This document shows positions 28,645-38,027 of a DNA stretch of 64,000 nucleotides, in pieces. The DNA lies in the NCBI GenBank assembly GCA_947474435.1, contig CANJII010000002.1, forward strand, positions 34,202 through 98,201, given 5' to 3'. How positions within the stretch are numbered: position 1 is the first letter of the stretch; every line of letters starts with the position of its first letter. This DNA comes from Chitinophagaceae bacterium (GTDB taxonomy: Bacteria > Bacteroidota > Bacteroidia > Chitinophagales > UBA10324). The notes beneath the pieces are model-generated. The model worked only from the letters and a program-made list of their open reading frames with translations, had not been told where the DNA came from and ran no database searches. The position numbers and the translations under genes are program-made.

Positions 28645-31600
28645 TCATGCATTTAATACCGGAAGTGTTACATAAAAAGTTGTTCCGGAATTTTCAACCG
28701 ATTCAAATCGTATGGTACCACCGGCGAGTTCAATAATGTTTTGAGTGATGGCTAACCCCAATCCCATGCCCGAAGATTTGGTGGTGAAATTCGGAACAAA
28801 AACTTTTTTCGCTTTCTCTTCACTGATGCCTATTCCATTGTCGCTCACGCTAACAATAATATTATTTTCATGATTAATTGCTTTCACTAACACTTCACCA
28901 TTTCTGTCTTCCGGTATTGCCTGAATGGAATTCAGAATAAGATTATTGAACACACGAAGCAATTGATTTTTATCACCAAAAACCAGATCATTTATTCTTC
29001 CTTCAGTCTGAACAGCCACATTAACCTCTTCATTCTGTTTGTACAAATTAGCTGAGTGATAAACTACTTCGAGCAAGTGCATTTTTTCATTTTCAGGCTG
29101 CGGCATTTTTGCGAATGACGAAAACTCAGTTGCAATTTTTGATAAGTTTTCAATTTGCTCAATCAATGTTTTTGAAACTCTTGCTGCTAATTCAGGAGCG
29201 CGCGGGTCGTTATTATCATAAGCGCGTTGCAGGTGTTGAATGCTCAGCTTCATTGGAGTCAATGGATTTTTTATTTCATGCGCCACCTGCTGCGCCATTT
29301 CTCTCCAAGCCGATTCGCGTTCAGAGCGGGCGAGTTGTTTCGCACTTTCATCCAACTTCGTAATCATTTTATTGAACTCATTTACCAGCACCGCTATCTC
29401 ATCGCGCGCCTGCCATTGAATGGGTTCATTTTTTCCGCCAATAGTAACTTGCTTGAATTTTTCAGCAATGTGCGAAAGCTTTCCTGTTATCTGTCGAGAA
29501 ATAAATGGTGCGAGAAAGCCGGCAAGAATCAATGCGGTTACTAAAATATTTATCAATGCCGAAAAGAAAACCCCGATTTGTTCATTGAGTAAACGATAAG
29601 TATTGAAGTATGGAATATTTAAGTATGCGAGCAACTGACCTTCTTCATTATATACAGGTTTGTAACCGCTTAAATATTTCAGCTCACCGATTTTTTCCTG
29701 TTGAATAATTTCTGATGGCAATTCAGCCCTCATTTTACGAAATGCTTTTGCATCCATCATTCGCGATTGCAATCCTTTTTCAAAAATACTTGGTTGTGAT
29801 GAAGTGAGCAATGCACCATGCATGTCATAAAAATTCACATCCATATCATGCAGTTCACTGAAGTCGTTGATATTAATATTAAGAATAGTTGAAAGGTCGC
29901 GCGGAGTAAATCCACAGAGTGAATCAAACGAAACAGTATTGCTCACCACATAGCGAACCGATTGTTCCACCTCTTTTAATTTCTCGGAAAGTTTTTCAGT
30001 TGTGTTGCTGTTGAATTGTTGCTGAAATAAATTTCCAATGGTGATTCCGAGAAAAATAACAGAAAGAAAAATGATGAACACAAACGACAACTGAATGATG
30101 TTACGGAATGATGCTTCGGCAAAACTGAAAAAGTGTGCAGTGCCTTTTGAATATAAATAGAGATAAAGTAAAAACGCAATGAGCACCACAAATAAAAATG
30201 CAGCAACAAACAGATATGAGAAAGCAGAGAAAAATTCCTGCAACAAATCAATGTCTTTTGAAATTACAACTGTATCGCCGTCATCCTGTTTTAAAATAAT
30301 GTGTTCCAGGTTTCCCTGATGATAAACCAATGGTTCGTTTACTTCAGAAGTCTTAGGTCCGTATATATCATTTACCGGGTATGCAATGGTTCCGCTGCTT
30401 TCGCTCAGGCGATGATTGTTTTCATAAATGGCAAATGAATATCCTTCCGCTTCTTCCGGAATTTTATCTTTCTCTTCGAGCAATAATTCGGGATACACAT
30501 TTATGCGGTTCAATAATTTACTCCGCAATACAATGAACAACCTTCCAATGTAATTTCCGGAAACAATGATGGGATAGAAAGCGGCATAACCACTACCGGT
30601 TGAGTTGCTGTTGAAATAATAAAGTTTACCTGAGATTAATGTTTGAGCATTTCTGAAAATTTCATTTCCGAAATTATTGGCACTTGCACTTTCTTCAATA
30701 TTGAGTGGCAATCCATCGGCATTGAACGCCACAAAGTCTACTTCATATCGGCTGAAACCAAATGAAAAATACAATTGCCTTAACTGGTCAGAAAATTCTT
30801 TGTACGATAATGTGGGATAAACAAAATAATTTTTAATGAAATCATCAGCTTCAATTTGCGGTCGCATATCGGCCAGCAAGTACTCAGTAACATTATCGCG
30901 CTCGTTTATGAGTTTGCGTGCAAGAGTCATTCGGGCATTCAAATCTTTTTCCTGCCTGAAGTAAGTAGTAAGTACTGCGCATGATACCGAAAATACAATC
31001 AGTAAAATAAACAACCGCACCAAATCAATCCGCGCAACATTTTTTACTCCTAAAAAATAAATTATAATGCAGACAAGACAAATACCGGATGCAATCCAGA
31101 ATGGCGAAAGGTCGAAGTGAAACAACGGAAGATAAAACAGGGCAATCAATACCGAAAAAAATAAAAGTGCCATGCGAACAGTAAAAGATAATGAGAGCAA
31201 TCGGATATACTCAGCTGCCTTTTGTGCTAACAGATAAAAACAAAATGCAAAAACACTGATACAGAAAAGTGCTATGATGGATAAGTAGTCAGGTGTTATG
31301 GGATTTAAAAATCCAATAAGCAATTTTGAATCGCGCGATAATCCTTTGATGCAATAGACAAAGTAAATACCTAAGAAAAAAATAAAGGCCATCAATAACA
31401 GTGCAACCAATCCTTTAATAATTTTATTTTCAGGAACAGGAATCACAACAAAAAAATTAATAAATATTACCGACCAGATTGCGGCAATGCATTCAATAAA
31501 CAAACAACCAAGTGATGAACCAATATCAGGTGAGGCAAAAACATCAGCTGCAAATAATTTCCAATTTGAAACTGATGCCGGAATAAAGTTCGCGTGATTC

Positions 31601-32379
31601 AGTAAATAAAATATGAGAACAGGAATGGAAAAAGCAAGCAGCAATTTTATCTGCCACCAGATTTTATCGAGCGCATGTGTAAGTAAATAATGAATGAAGG
31701 CAAGCAGCAATATGAAACTGAGAAAATAAAATACAATGGAAAATGCTTGTGGTGCATGATTCTGAAAAGGCAATGCATAACTGAGATAAAATAATTTTTG
31801 ACCACTAACTGATTTTACTTCTTCCGACAAAGCTGTTTCAGTGTTTGAAATTTCAACCCACTCCGGAATTGAAAATCCCGGATTGTATTCATGATTCAGG
31901 TATTGATTTTCGGTTACATAGGCGTCACGAACCGGTATCATCATAAATAATTCGCGTCTGCGTATAGCTGATTTTTCTACAGCCTTGTTAAAAGTTAAGT
32001 AATAACCATTTTTGTATTTTTGAAAATCGTAGCCTTCGCTTCGCACCAAATTATTATTGCGCGGAAGAATTTTATTGTTGTTCCAGTAAACAAGAGAATC
32101 GTTTACATAATAAAGAACAGTAAATTGCGATTCAAATAAATTTTCGACAGAATCATATTTGCTTAAAATATTTCCATCGGTTTTAAGTTGATCAGCAAAG
32201 TACTGAAATTTATTTTCAAGAGATCTGATTTTTGATTCAGTATTAATTACTGCCTTATGCAATTCATCCTGCGGATTATAAAATTTCGGCAGATAAAAAG
32301 ACAAGAGTAAAAACAGTACTCCGAAAAAAATCAGCGCAACCGGAATCCAGCTTTTAAATTTTGAAAATTCAAATTTCAC
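28645..32379 (-). CDS. Large multi-pass membrane sensor histidine kinase (HAMP-HisKA-HATPase)
   Basis: 1244 aa with a block of many TM helices and at least two extracytoplasmic segments. It has a HAMP-like linker, an H-box (VAHEIKNPLTPM) and N/G boxes (NLILNSIQA, DNGIGIS, GMGLGLAI). Confidence 0.85.
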   Translation of the reverse strand: MKFEFSKFKSWIPVALIFFGVLFLLLSFYLPKFYNPQDELHKAVINTESKIRSLENKFQYFADQLKTDGNILSKYDSVENLFESQFTVLYYVNDSLVYWNNNKILPRNNNLVRSEGYDFQKYKNGYYLTFNKAVEKSAIRRRELFMMIPVRDAYVTENQYLNHEYNPGFSIPEWVEISNTETALSEEVKSVSGQKLFYLSYALPFQNHAPQAFSIVFYFLSFILLLAFIHYLLTHALDKIWWQIKLLLAFSIPVLIFYLLNHANFIPASVSNWKLFAADVFASPDIGSSLGCLFIECIAAIWSVIFINFFVVIPVPENKIIKGLVALLLMAFIFFLGIYFVYCIKGLSRDSKLLIGFLNPITPDYLSIIALFCISVFAFCFYLLAQKAAEYIRLLSLSFTVRMALLFFSVLIALFYLPLFHFDLSPFWIASGICLVCIIIYFLGVKNVARIDLVRLFILLIVFSVSCAVLTTYFRQEKDLNARMTLARKLINERDNVTEYLLADMRPQIEADDFIKNYFVYPTLSYKEFSDQLRQLYFSFGFSRYEVDFVAFNADGLPLNIEESASANNFGNEIFRNAQTLISGKLYYFNSNSTGSGYAAFYPIIVSGNYIGRLFIVLRSKLLNRINVYPELLLEEKDKIPEEAEGYSFAIYENNHRLSESSGTIAYPVNDIYGPKTSEVNEPLVYHQGNLEHIILKQDDGDTVVISKDIDLLQEFFSAFSYLFVAAFLFVVLIAFLLYLYLYSKGTAHFFSFAEASFRNIIQLSFVFIIFLSVIFLGITIGNLFQQQFNSNTTEKLSEKLKEVEQSVRYVVSNTVSFDSLCGFTPRDLSTILNININDFSELHDMDVNFYDMHGALLTSSQPSIFEKGLQSRMMDAKAFRKMRAELPSEIIQQEKIGELKYLSGYKPVYNEEGQLLAYLNIPYFNTYRLLNEQIGVFFSALINILVTALILAGFLAPFISRQITGKLSHIAEKFKQVTIGGKNEPIQWQARDEIAVLVNEFNKMITKLDESAKQLARSERESAWREMAQQVAHEIKNPLTPMKLSIQHLQRAYDNNDPRAPELAARVSKTLIEQIENLSKIATEFSSFAKMPQPENEKMHLLEVVYHSANLYKQNEEVNVAVQTEGRINDLVFGDKNQLLRVFNNLILNSIQAIPEDRNGEVLVKAINHENNIIVSVSDNGIGISEEKAKKVFVPNFTTKSSGMGLGLAITQNIIELAGGTIRFESVENSGTTFYVTLPVLNA

Positions 32380-33152
32380 GGAACCTGAGTCTTGGTTTTA
32401 TTCCACAATGCATCCATGTCTTCCAGTTTCATTTCGTGTAATTTTTTTTTCTGATCATTCGCCATTTTCTCCATCAGGTTAAAACGATTATAAAATTTAA
32501 GATTCGTTTTTTCCAATGCAGCTTCAGGGTCAATATTCAAGTAGCGTGAAAGATTTACCAATGAAAAAAGCAAATCTCCGAATTCTTTTTCCAAGTGTTC
32601 CTGATGAATTTCAGTAGCAAATGCTTCTTCCTTAAATTCATTTAATTCTTCTTCTACCTTCTCCCAAACCTGGTGCTTGTTCTCCCACTCAAATCCAACC
32701 TGCTTTGCTTTTTCCTGCATGCGATAGGCTTTCACCAATGCAGGCAATGAAACAGGAACACCTGCTAAAAGTGACTTCTTTGTTTTCTTTTGTTTTATCT
32801 GCTCCCAGTTTTGCTTTACCTGTTCTTCGTTTTCAACAACCACATCTCCATAAATATGGGGGTGCCGTTCAATCAGCTTTTCACATAAATCATTCATCAT
32901 ATTGGTAATGGTGAAGTCGCCGTTTTCAGTTGCAATTCTCGAATAGAAAACAATGTGTAATAACAAATCCCCCAGTTCTTCTTTAAGCGACGACATATTT
33001 TTTTGAGTAATTGCATCAGCCAGTTCATAAGTTTCTTCAATGGTTAAAATGCGCAACGACTCAATGGTTTGTTTTTTATCCCACGGACATTTTGTGCGCA
33101 GGTCATCCATTATGTTCAATACCCGTTCAAAGGCTTTTAACTTTTCTTCCAT
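32376..33152 (-). CDS. mazG: Nucleoside triphosphate pyrophosphohydrolase MazG
   Basis: The ORF 32376..33221 has tandem MazG domains (CPWDKKQT, EETYELADA, EELGDLL, EFGDLLFSLV). I moved the start to the internal ATG (MEEKLKAFERV). Its stop overlaps the kinase start by 4 nt. Confidence 0.85.
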   Translation of the reverse strand: MEEKLKAFERVLNIMDDLRTKCPWDKKQTIESLRILTIEETYELADAITQKNMSSLKEELGDLLLHIVFYSRIATENGDFTITNMMNDLCEKLIERHPHIYGDVVVENEEQVKQNWEQIKQKKTKKSLLAGVPVSLPALVKAYRMQEKAKQVGFEWENKHQVWEKVEEELNEFKEEAFATEIHQEHLEKEFGDLLFSLVNLSRYLNIDPEAALEKTNLKFYNRFNLMEKMANDQKKKLHEMKLEDMDALWNKTKTQVP

Positions 33153-33302
33153 TTCAATGCTTTGCAACAAATGTATGATTGCGTATTTGATTTGATAATT
33201 AAGCAACGAGAATTTAACCACTATGATTTTTAAAAAAATATTTTCGATTGAAGTAAATTGCTACTGATTACATTTGTTCCTCATTAAAATAAAATCAATT
33301 AC

Positions 33303-33773
33303 TTGGAATTATTCATCATCATCGCGCTATTGGCTATCGGTTGGTTGCTTGTTTATCTCGAAATATTTTTCATACCCGGTATTACTGTTTTTGGAATTTT
33401 AGGTGGAGGAATGATGATTGCCGGCTATTATTATTCATTTTCAAATTACGGAAATTCAGGCGGATGGATGACAATAGGAATTTCAATAGTGCTAATGATT
33501 GCATCGTTGGTTATAGGTTTTAAATCGGGCTTATGGAACAAACTGAGTTTGAAAGAATCATTGGAAGGAAGCAGAATGAATGAATGGGAAGCAGGAAGCG
33601 TGAAAGCCGGCGACATAGGTATAGCAGTAAGTAAAATTGCTTTATCCGGCACTGCCCGGTTTAATGATGTGAATTATGAAGTAAACTCAGAAGGAGAATT
33701 TATTAATCCGCATACCGCAATAGAAATTGTTAGAATAGAAAACAGAAAAATAATAGTTCAAACCAAAAAATAA
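33303..33773 (+). CDS. NfeD family membrane protein
   Basis: 156 aa with N-terminal TM helices and a C-terminal OB-like soluble domain. It lies directly upstream of floA, the usual NfeD-flotillin pairing. It uses a TTG start. Confidence 0.6.
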   Translation: MELFIIIALLAIGWLLVYLEIFFIPGITVFGILGGGMMIAGYYYSFSNYGNSGGWMTIGISIVLMIASLVIGFKSGLWNKLSLKESLEGSRMNEWEAGSVKAGDIGIAVSKIALSGTARFNDVNYEVNSEGEFINPHTAIEIVRIENRKIIVQTKK

Positions 33774-33779
33774 AAACTC

Positions 33780-34754
33780 ATGGAACCAGTAATGATTGCG
33801 TTAACCGCGCTCGGAATTTTTGTCTTTATCATTTTATTTTTTTACATCATTCCGCTCAACCTTTGGATTACTGCCATTTTCAGTGGAGTAAAAATCAGCA
33901 TTGCCAATCTGATATTCATGCGCATTCGTAAAGTGCCACCATCATTGGTAGTAAATGCATTAATCAACAGCACAAAAGCAGGTTTAAAAGTTACCAGCAA
34001 CGATGTGGAAACACATTACCTTGCAGGTGGCAATGTAAATTCAGTTATCCGCGCCATGATTTCTGCTGATAAAGCAAACATTGCATTGGATTGGAAAGCA
34101 GCAACAGCCATTAACCTCGCAGGTCGCGATGTGCTGGAAGCTGTACAGATGAGTGTAAATCCGAAAGTGATTGATACGCCACCGGTAACTGCTGTTGCAA
34201 AAGATGGTATTCAATTAATTTGTCGTGCGCGAGTTACTGTTCGTACAAACATTAATAAATTAGTTGGTGGTGCTGGTGAAGAAACAGTTTTGGCGAGAGT
34301 TGGTGAAGGTGTTGTCAGCTCCATTGGTTCAGCATTATCACATAAAGAAGTATTGGAACACCCAGATTCTATTTCGAAAGTTGTGTTGGCAAAAGGATTG
34401 GATGCAGGAACGGCATTTGAAATTTTATCAATTGACATTGCTGATATTGATGTAGGAAAAAACATTGGAGCTTATTTACAAATGGACCAGGCGAATGCCG
34501 ATAAGAATATTGCCCAGGCAAAAGCAGAAGAGCGCCGAGCAATGGCTGTTGCGTTAGAACAGGAAATGAAAGCAAAAGCACAGGAAGCAAGAGCAATGGT
34601 GATAGAAGCCGAAGCACAAATTCCGCAAGCAATGGCTGAAGCATTCCGCAGTGGCAACATGGGAATAATGGATTATTATAAAATGAAAAATGTGCAGGCC
34701 GATACTGAAATGCGTGAGAGCATTGCGAAACCAACTCCGAAAAAGGATAGTTGA
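33780..34754 (+). CDS. floA: Flotillin-like protein FloA (UPF0365 family)
   Basis: 324 aa with an N-terminal TM segment, an SPFH-like core and an Ala/Glu-rich coiled C-terminus. The sequence is recognisable as YqfA/FloA. Confidence 0.85.
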   Translation: MEPVMIALTALGIFVFIILFFYIIPLNLWITAIFSGVKISIANLIFMRIRKVPPSLVVNALINSTKAGLKVTSNDVETHYLAGGNVNSVIRAMISADKANIALDWKAATAINLAGRDVLEAVQMSVNPKVIDTPPVTAVAKDGIQLICRARVTVRTNINKLVGGAGEETVLARVGEGVVSSIGSALSHKEVLEHPDSISKVVLAKGLDAGTAFEILSIDIADIDVGKNIGAYLQMDQANADKNIAQAKAEERRAMAVALEQEMKAKAQEARAMVIEAEAQIPQAMAEAFRSGNMGIMDYYKMKNVQADTEMRESIAKPTPKKDS

Positions 34755-34780
34755 TTAGTTAATTGGTTTATTCGTTCATT

Positions 34781-34800
34781 GATTGATTGATTGATTGATT
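34781..34800. repeat. (GATT)5 tetranucleotide microsatellite
   Basis: gattgattgattgattgatt read directly. It is intergenic between floA and tRNA-Arg. Confidence 0.8.
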
Positions 34801-34940
34801 CATCCTTTCGTTCTTTGGTTCATTTGTTCAAAGTATTCTTCGTGAACTCAGTGCCTCCTTGCGATTTTTTTTCATTTTCAAATCATCAAATTACCAAATC
34901 ATCAAATTGTATTCTATTATTGCGCTCCCAAATAAAAATT

Positions 34941-35014
34941 GGCCCTGTAGCTCAACTGAATAGAGTATCTGACTACGGATCAGAAGGTTCAAGGTTTGAC
35001 TCCTTGCAGGGTCA
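34941..35014 (+). tRNA. tRNA-Arg (anticodon ACG)
   Basis: Cloverleaf folded by hand. The acceptor stem is GGCCCTG/CAGGGTC with one G-U pair. The D arm is GCTC..GAGT. The anticodon stem is TCTGA/TCAGA with loop CT-ACG-GA. The T arm is CAAGG-TTTGACT-CCTTG, followed by discriminator A. CCA is not encoded. Confidence 0.9.
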
Positions 35015-35016
35015 CA
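35001..35016 (+). repeat. attL core (direct repeat, part of the tRNA-Arg 3' end)
   Basis: TCCTTGCAGGGTCACA, identical to 42552-42567. Confidence 0.8.
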
Positions 35017-35028
35017 AATAAATTGGCT

Positions 35029-35066
35029 GAAAGCCTTGATGTCATTAGATTTCAAGGCTTTTTTTA
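35029..35066 (+). terminator. Element-borne surrogate terminator for tRNA-Arg
   Basis: AAGCCTTGA (35031-35039) pairs with TCAAGGCTT (35052-35060), followed by T6. It sits at the same distance from the tRNA end as the native hairpin at 42577-42612. Confidence 0.55.
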
Positions 35067-35072
35067 TATCAA

Positions 35073-35096
35073 TTACTGAAACTTTACTGAAACTTA
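35073..35096 (+). repeat. Tandem 11-bp TTTACTGAAAC repeats (left subterminal, candidate arm-type integrase sites)
   Basis: (a)TTACTGAAAC-TTTACTGAAAC-TTA. The same tandem pair occurs in the same orientation at 42407-42434. Confidence 0.5.
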
Positions 35097-35108
35097 TTGC
35101 CTTTTTTC

Positions 35109-35471
35109 TTAATGATCTGAAAGAACTGAATCAGAAATTATAACCTTTGTTTTATCTGATGATTCAGTTTGAAAAGATTTTTTACATTCAAAAAAATTAC
35201 CAGCAACTCCAAAATAGACTTCTCTATGAAGTTCTTTCTGTTCATTTATAAGATGAAATTCAGCCGCATCATTTTTATAATGATAGCTATAATAACTAAA
35301 AACAGAAAAGATAAAAAAATTCATTTCTTTTTTTAATCCTTTATTACTTGTAAGACCTAAATAATTTTTAAATGAAGTGTTTGAAGGATTTGTCACTAAT
35401 AAAAAAAGCACAATGAAAATTATAAAACTAAATAATTTTCTCTTTTTTATTGCATCGATGATTTGATTCAT
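35109..35471 (-). CDS. Hypothetical membrane-anchored protein (element cargo)
   Basis: 120 aa with KKRK followed by a single TM helix. No domain recognised. Confidence 0.5.
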   Translation of the reverse strand: MNQIIDAIKKRKLFSFIIFIVLFLLVTNPSNTSFKNYLGLTSNKGLKKEMNFFIFSVFSYYSYHYKNDAAEFHLINEQKELHREVYFGVAGNFFECKKSFQTESSDKTKVIISDSVLSDH

Positions 35472-35473
35472 AA

Positions 35474-36316
35474 TTATTTATTTTCTAATTGACTTATTAA
35501 TCTTTTAACCCCTAAAGCTGGATTTATACTTAAACCATGCTTAAACCATTTCAAAGCAAGTTCCTTGTTTTCCTTGCTAATATAGAAGTCACCAATTTTT
35601 CTATAGAAATTGGATAATGTTGAAGGCTGCAAATCAGTCTTAATGGTTGACACTAATTCAAATATTTTTTCAGCTATAATAGTATCACCTAATTCATAAA
35701 TAGAAACACCATCATCTATAAGACTTTCAGCCTTACTATAATTTAGTTTGTTTTCAAGCATTAAAATTTTTAAGAAGTCATTGTAATTTTCTCCTATATC
35801 AGTCTGCTTTTTACTTATAGCTTGATACAACTTACCATATCTATAACCAATATGTAAATTAATATTTGCTTCAATTTTTTTTAAACCGGATAAAGGTTCT
35901 TCATTTATTTCAGTTGTAATTACTCCATCTTTATTGAAAACAGTAACACAGGCAATCAATAAATATGTTTCAATTTCAAATCCTGTTTTTTCTTCAAAGT
36001 TATGCAATTCAACAGCATCAAAAATCTTATCTTTATTTTTTATTGAATTAAAAATCTTTTCTGCCTGATTAGAAGTTTTTTTTATTTCATCTTCATCTCC
36101 AAGTTCTAACAATTTAATTACTTCATTGTCTACCCCTAATATTTTATAACCCATTTTAATATTTGTTCTAAATGGTTCTACTGAAGGTGCAACAATCTTT
36201 TTTACTTCAATGTTCTTTTTATTCTTTCTTTTTTCTCTTCTGTTTCGAATTTTTAAAGCTACAAAATATGCAATGACCAATAGAATTAATAAACCTAAGA
36301 TTAAAACAGGATTCAT
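35474..36316 (-). CDS. Hypothetical membrane-anchored protein with TPR-like C-terminus (element cargo)
   Basis: 280 aa with an N-terminal TM helix followed by a strongly basic stretch (RNRREKRKNKKN). The C-terminal FYRKIGDFYISKENKELALKWFKHGLSINP is TPR-like. Confidence 0.55.
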   Translation of the reverse strand: MNPVLILGLLILLVIAYFVALKIRNRREKRKNKKNIEVKKIVAPSVEPFRTNIKMGYKILGVDNEVIKLLELGDEDEIKKTSNQAEKIFNSIKNKDKIFDAVELHNFEEKTGFEIETYLLIACVTVFNKDGVITTEINEEPLSGLKKIEANINLHIGYRYGKLYQAISKKQTDIGENYNDFLKILMLENKLNYSKAESLIDDGVSIYELGDTIIAEKIFELVSTIKTDLQPSTLSNFYRKIGDFYISKENKELALKWFKHGLSINPALGVKRLISQLENK

Positions 36317-36387
36317 TTTTTCATTTTATACAATCAAAACTAATAGACTATCTGAAAGCCAAGCATATTTTCAGATGGCAGCTTTAT

Positions 36388-37497
36388 TTATTTACAATAT
36401 TCTTTTTTTAAATCATAGGCAGTTGAAATTCCTAATTCACCAGCTTTACTCCAATCACTACAAGCACCTGATAAGTCTTGAAGTACATATTTTGCATTTC
36501 CTCTGTTATAATAAGCAATAGCATACTTAGGATCTAATGCTATTGCCTTTGTATAATCATCAATGGCTCCTGTGTAATCTTTAAGATTTTTTTTTGAAAT
36601 TCCTCTGTTAGTATAAGCATTAGCATACTTAGGATTTAATGCTATTGCTTTGGTGTAATCATCAATGGCTCCTGTGTAATCTTTAAGATAATATTTTGCT
36701 AGTCCTCTGTTATAATAAGCATCAGCATCATAAGGATCTAATGCTATTGCCTTTGTATAATCATCAATGGCTCCTGTGTAATCTTTAAGATTTTTTTTTG
36801 AAATTCCTCTGTTAGTATAAGCATTAGCATACTTAGGATCTAATTCTATTGCCTTTGTATAATCATCAATGGCTCCTGTGTAATCTTTAAGATCATCTTT
36901 TGTATTTCCTCTGTTATAATAAGCAATAACATACTCAGGATTTAATGCTATTGCCTTTGTATAATCATCAATGGCTCCTGTGTAGTCTTTAAGTTCATAT
37001 TTCATAATTCCTCTGTTATAATAAGAATCAGCAAACTCAGGAGCTATTGCTAATGCTTTAGTGAAGTCAGCAATAGCACCTGTGTAGTCATTTAGTTCTG
37101 ATTTTGAAAGTCCTCTAAAATTATAAGCAAAATCAAATTCAGGATCTATTGCTATTGCCTTTGTAAAGTCATCAATAGCTCCTGTGTAGTCTTTAAGCTT
37201 ATGTTTTACAAGTGCTCTGTTATGATAAGCAATAGAACCCTCAGGATCTATTGCTATTGCCTTTGTAAAGTCATCAATAGCTCCTGTGTAGTCTTGGATG
37301 AATTTTTTTGAAGTGCCTCTGTTATTATAAGCTTTAGCATATTCAGGATTTAATGCTATTGCTTTGGTGTAATCATCAATGGCTCCTTTGTAGTCATTTA
37401 GTTTTGATTTTGAAAGTCCTCTTTTATAATATTCTTCAGCTGTTTGGCTGTAGCTATTCAAACTCAAAAAAAGAAATAAGAAAAGTAATCCTCTCAT
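36388..37497 (-). CDS. Secreted TPR repeat protein (about 10 near-identical 34-aa units)
   Basis: 369 aa with a signal peptide and repeated DYTGAIDDYTKAIALNPKYANAYTNRGISKKNLK units. Confidence 0.85.
   Translation of the reverse strand: MRGLLFLFLFLSLNSYSQTAEEYYKRGLSKSKLNDYKGAIDDYTKAIALNPEYAKAYNNRGTSKKFIQDYTGAIDDFTKAIAIDPEGSIAYHNRALVKHKLKDYTGAIDDFTKAIAIDPEFDFAYNFRGLSKSELNDYTGAIADFTKALAIAPEFADSYYNRGIMKYELKDYTGAIDDYTKAIALNPEYVIAYYNRGNTKDDLKDYTGAIDDYTKAIELDPKYANAYTNRGISKKNLKDYTGAIDDYTKAIALDPYDADAYYNRGLAKYYLKDYTGAIDDYTKAIALNPKYANAYTNRGISKKNLKDYTGAIDDYTKAIALDPKYAIAYYNRGNAKYVLQDLSGACSDWSKAGELGISTAYDLKKEYCK
36420..37440. repeat. 102-bp tandem coding repeats (TPR units)
   Basis: The period is 102 bp. 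There is a 107-bp perfect duplicate at a 204-bp offset (36529-36635 versus 36733-36839). Confidence 0.85.
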
Positions 37498-37551
37498 AAA
37501 TTCAATTTATGATTTCAAATATAGTTATGAAGTCTAATAAGTTAATTGATT

Positions 37552-37824
37552 CTATAAAATCACTTCTGATTCACTTCTTGCAATTGGTTTGATAGCTGGA
37601 TTAATTATCAAAGTAATATTTTGAAGGCTTTCTTTATTCAGATCGCTTGTTGCTTCATATTCTTCTTTACTGATAGCTTTCCCATTCATCAGATAATTAC
37701 CATTTGATAAATCCATTAGAATAAGATTTACAGTTCCATCATTTGACTTCAGCTTCTTCGCAAATGATTTTTTATCCATTCCGGAATGAAGCACTTTTAA
37801 AAATAATTCTTTTGAATTTTTCAT
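37552..37824 (-). CDS. Hypothetical small protein, paralogue of 37821..38027
   Basis: 90 aa. It shares an N-terminal block KeLfLkvLHSGMdKksFakKlK with the upstream 68-aa ORF and overlaps it by 4 nt. Confidence 0.5.
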   Translation of the reverse strand: MKNSKELFLKVLHSGMDKKSFAKKLKSNDGTVNLILMDLSNGNYLMNGKAISKEEYEATSDLNKESLQNITLIINPAIKPIARSESEVIL

Positions 37825-38027
37825 CTGCTTTCAATTTTAAAATCATCATCAACAAAAAATGGAAGTTCAATCCCATCTTCAACATAAAATTCTTTCACAG
37901 TTCCATCAGCATAGAATACCGGCTGCATTTTTCCTATTCTAAATTCTTTGACTTTTTCTTGAAAAATATTCTTATTCATTCCGGAATGAAGAAGTGTAAG
38001 CAATAACTTCTTTGGATTCTTTTTCAT
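37821..38027 (-). CDS. Hypothetical small protein, paralogue of 37552..37824
   Basis: 68 aa. Its start codon overlaps the TerS stop (TGATG). Confidence 0.5.
   Translation of the reverse strand: MKKNPKKLLLTLLHSGMNKNIFQEKVKEFRIGKMQPVFYADGTVKEFYVEDGIELPFFVDDDFKIESR

Noticed and set aside
34879-34908. The direct repeat CAAATCATCAAATT x2 upstream of tRNA-Arg, considered as a regulatory site.
   Set aside because: It is a short AT-rich duplication in a low-complexity spacer. I cannot distinguish it from slippage, and I could not place a matching promoter consensus.
34791-35021. A 76-aa plus-strand ORF covering the floA-tRNA spacer and the tRNA itself.
   Set aside because: It overlaps a well-folded tRNA-Arg and low-complexity repeats, and it uses a non-ATG start. 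It is spurious.
36420-37440. A regular ~102-bp repeat array that could be mistaken for a CRISPR or other non-coding array.
   Set aside because: The repeats lie in frame inside a 369-aa ORF and encode canonical 34-aa TPR units. There are no unique spacer-like segments and no cas genes.
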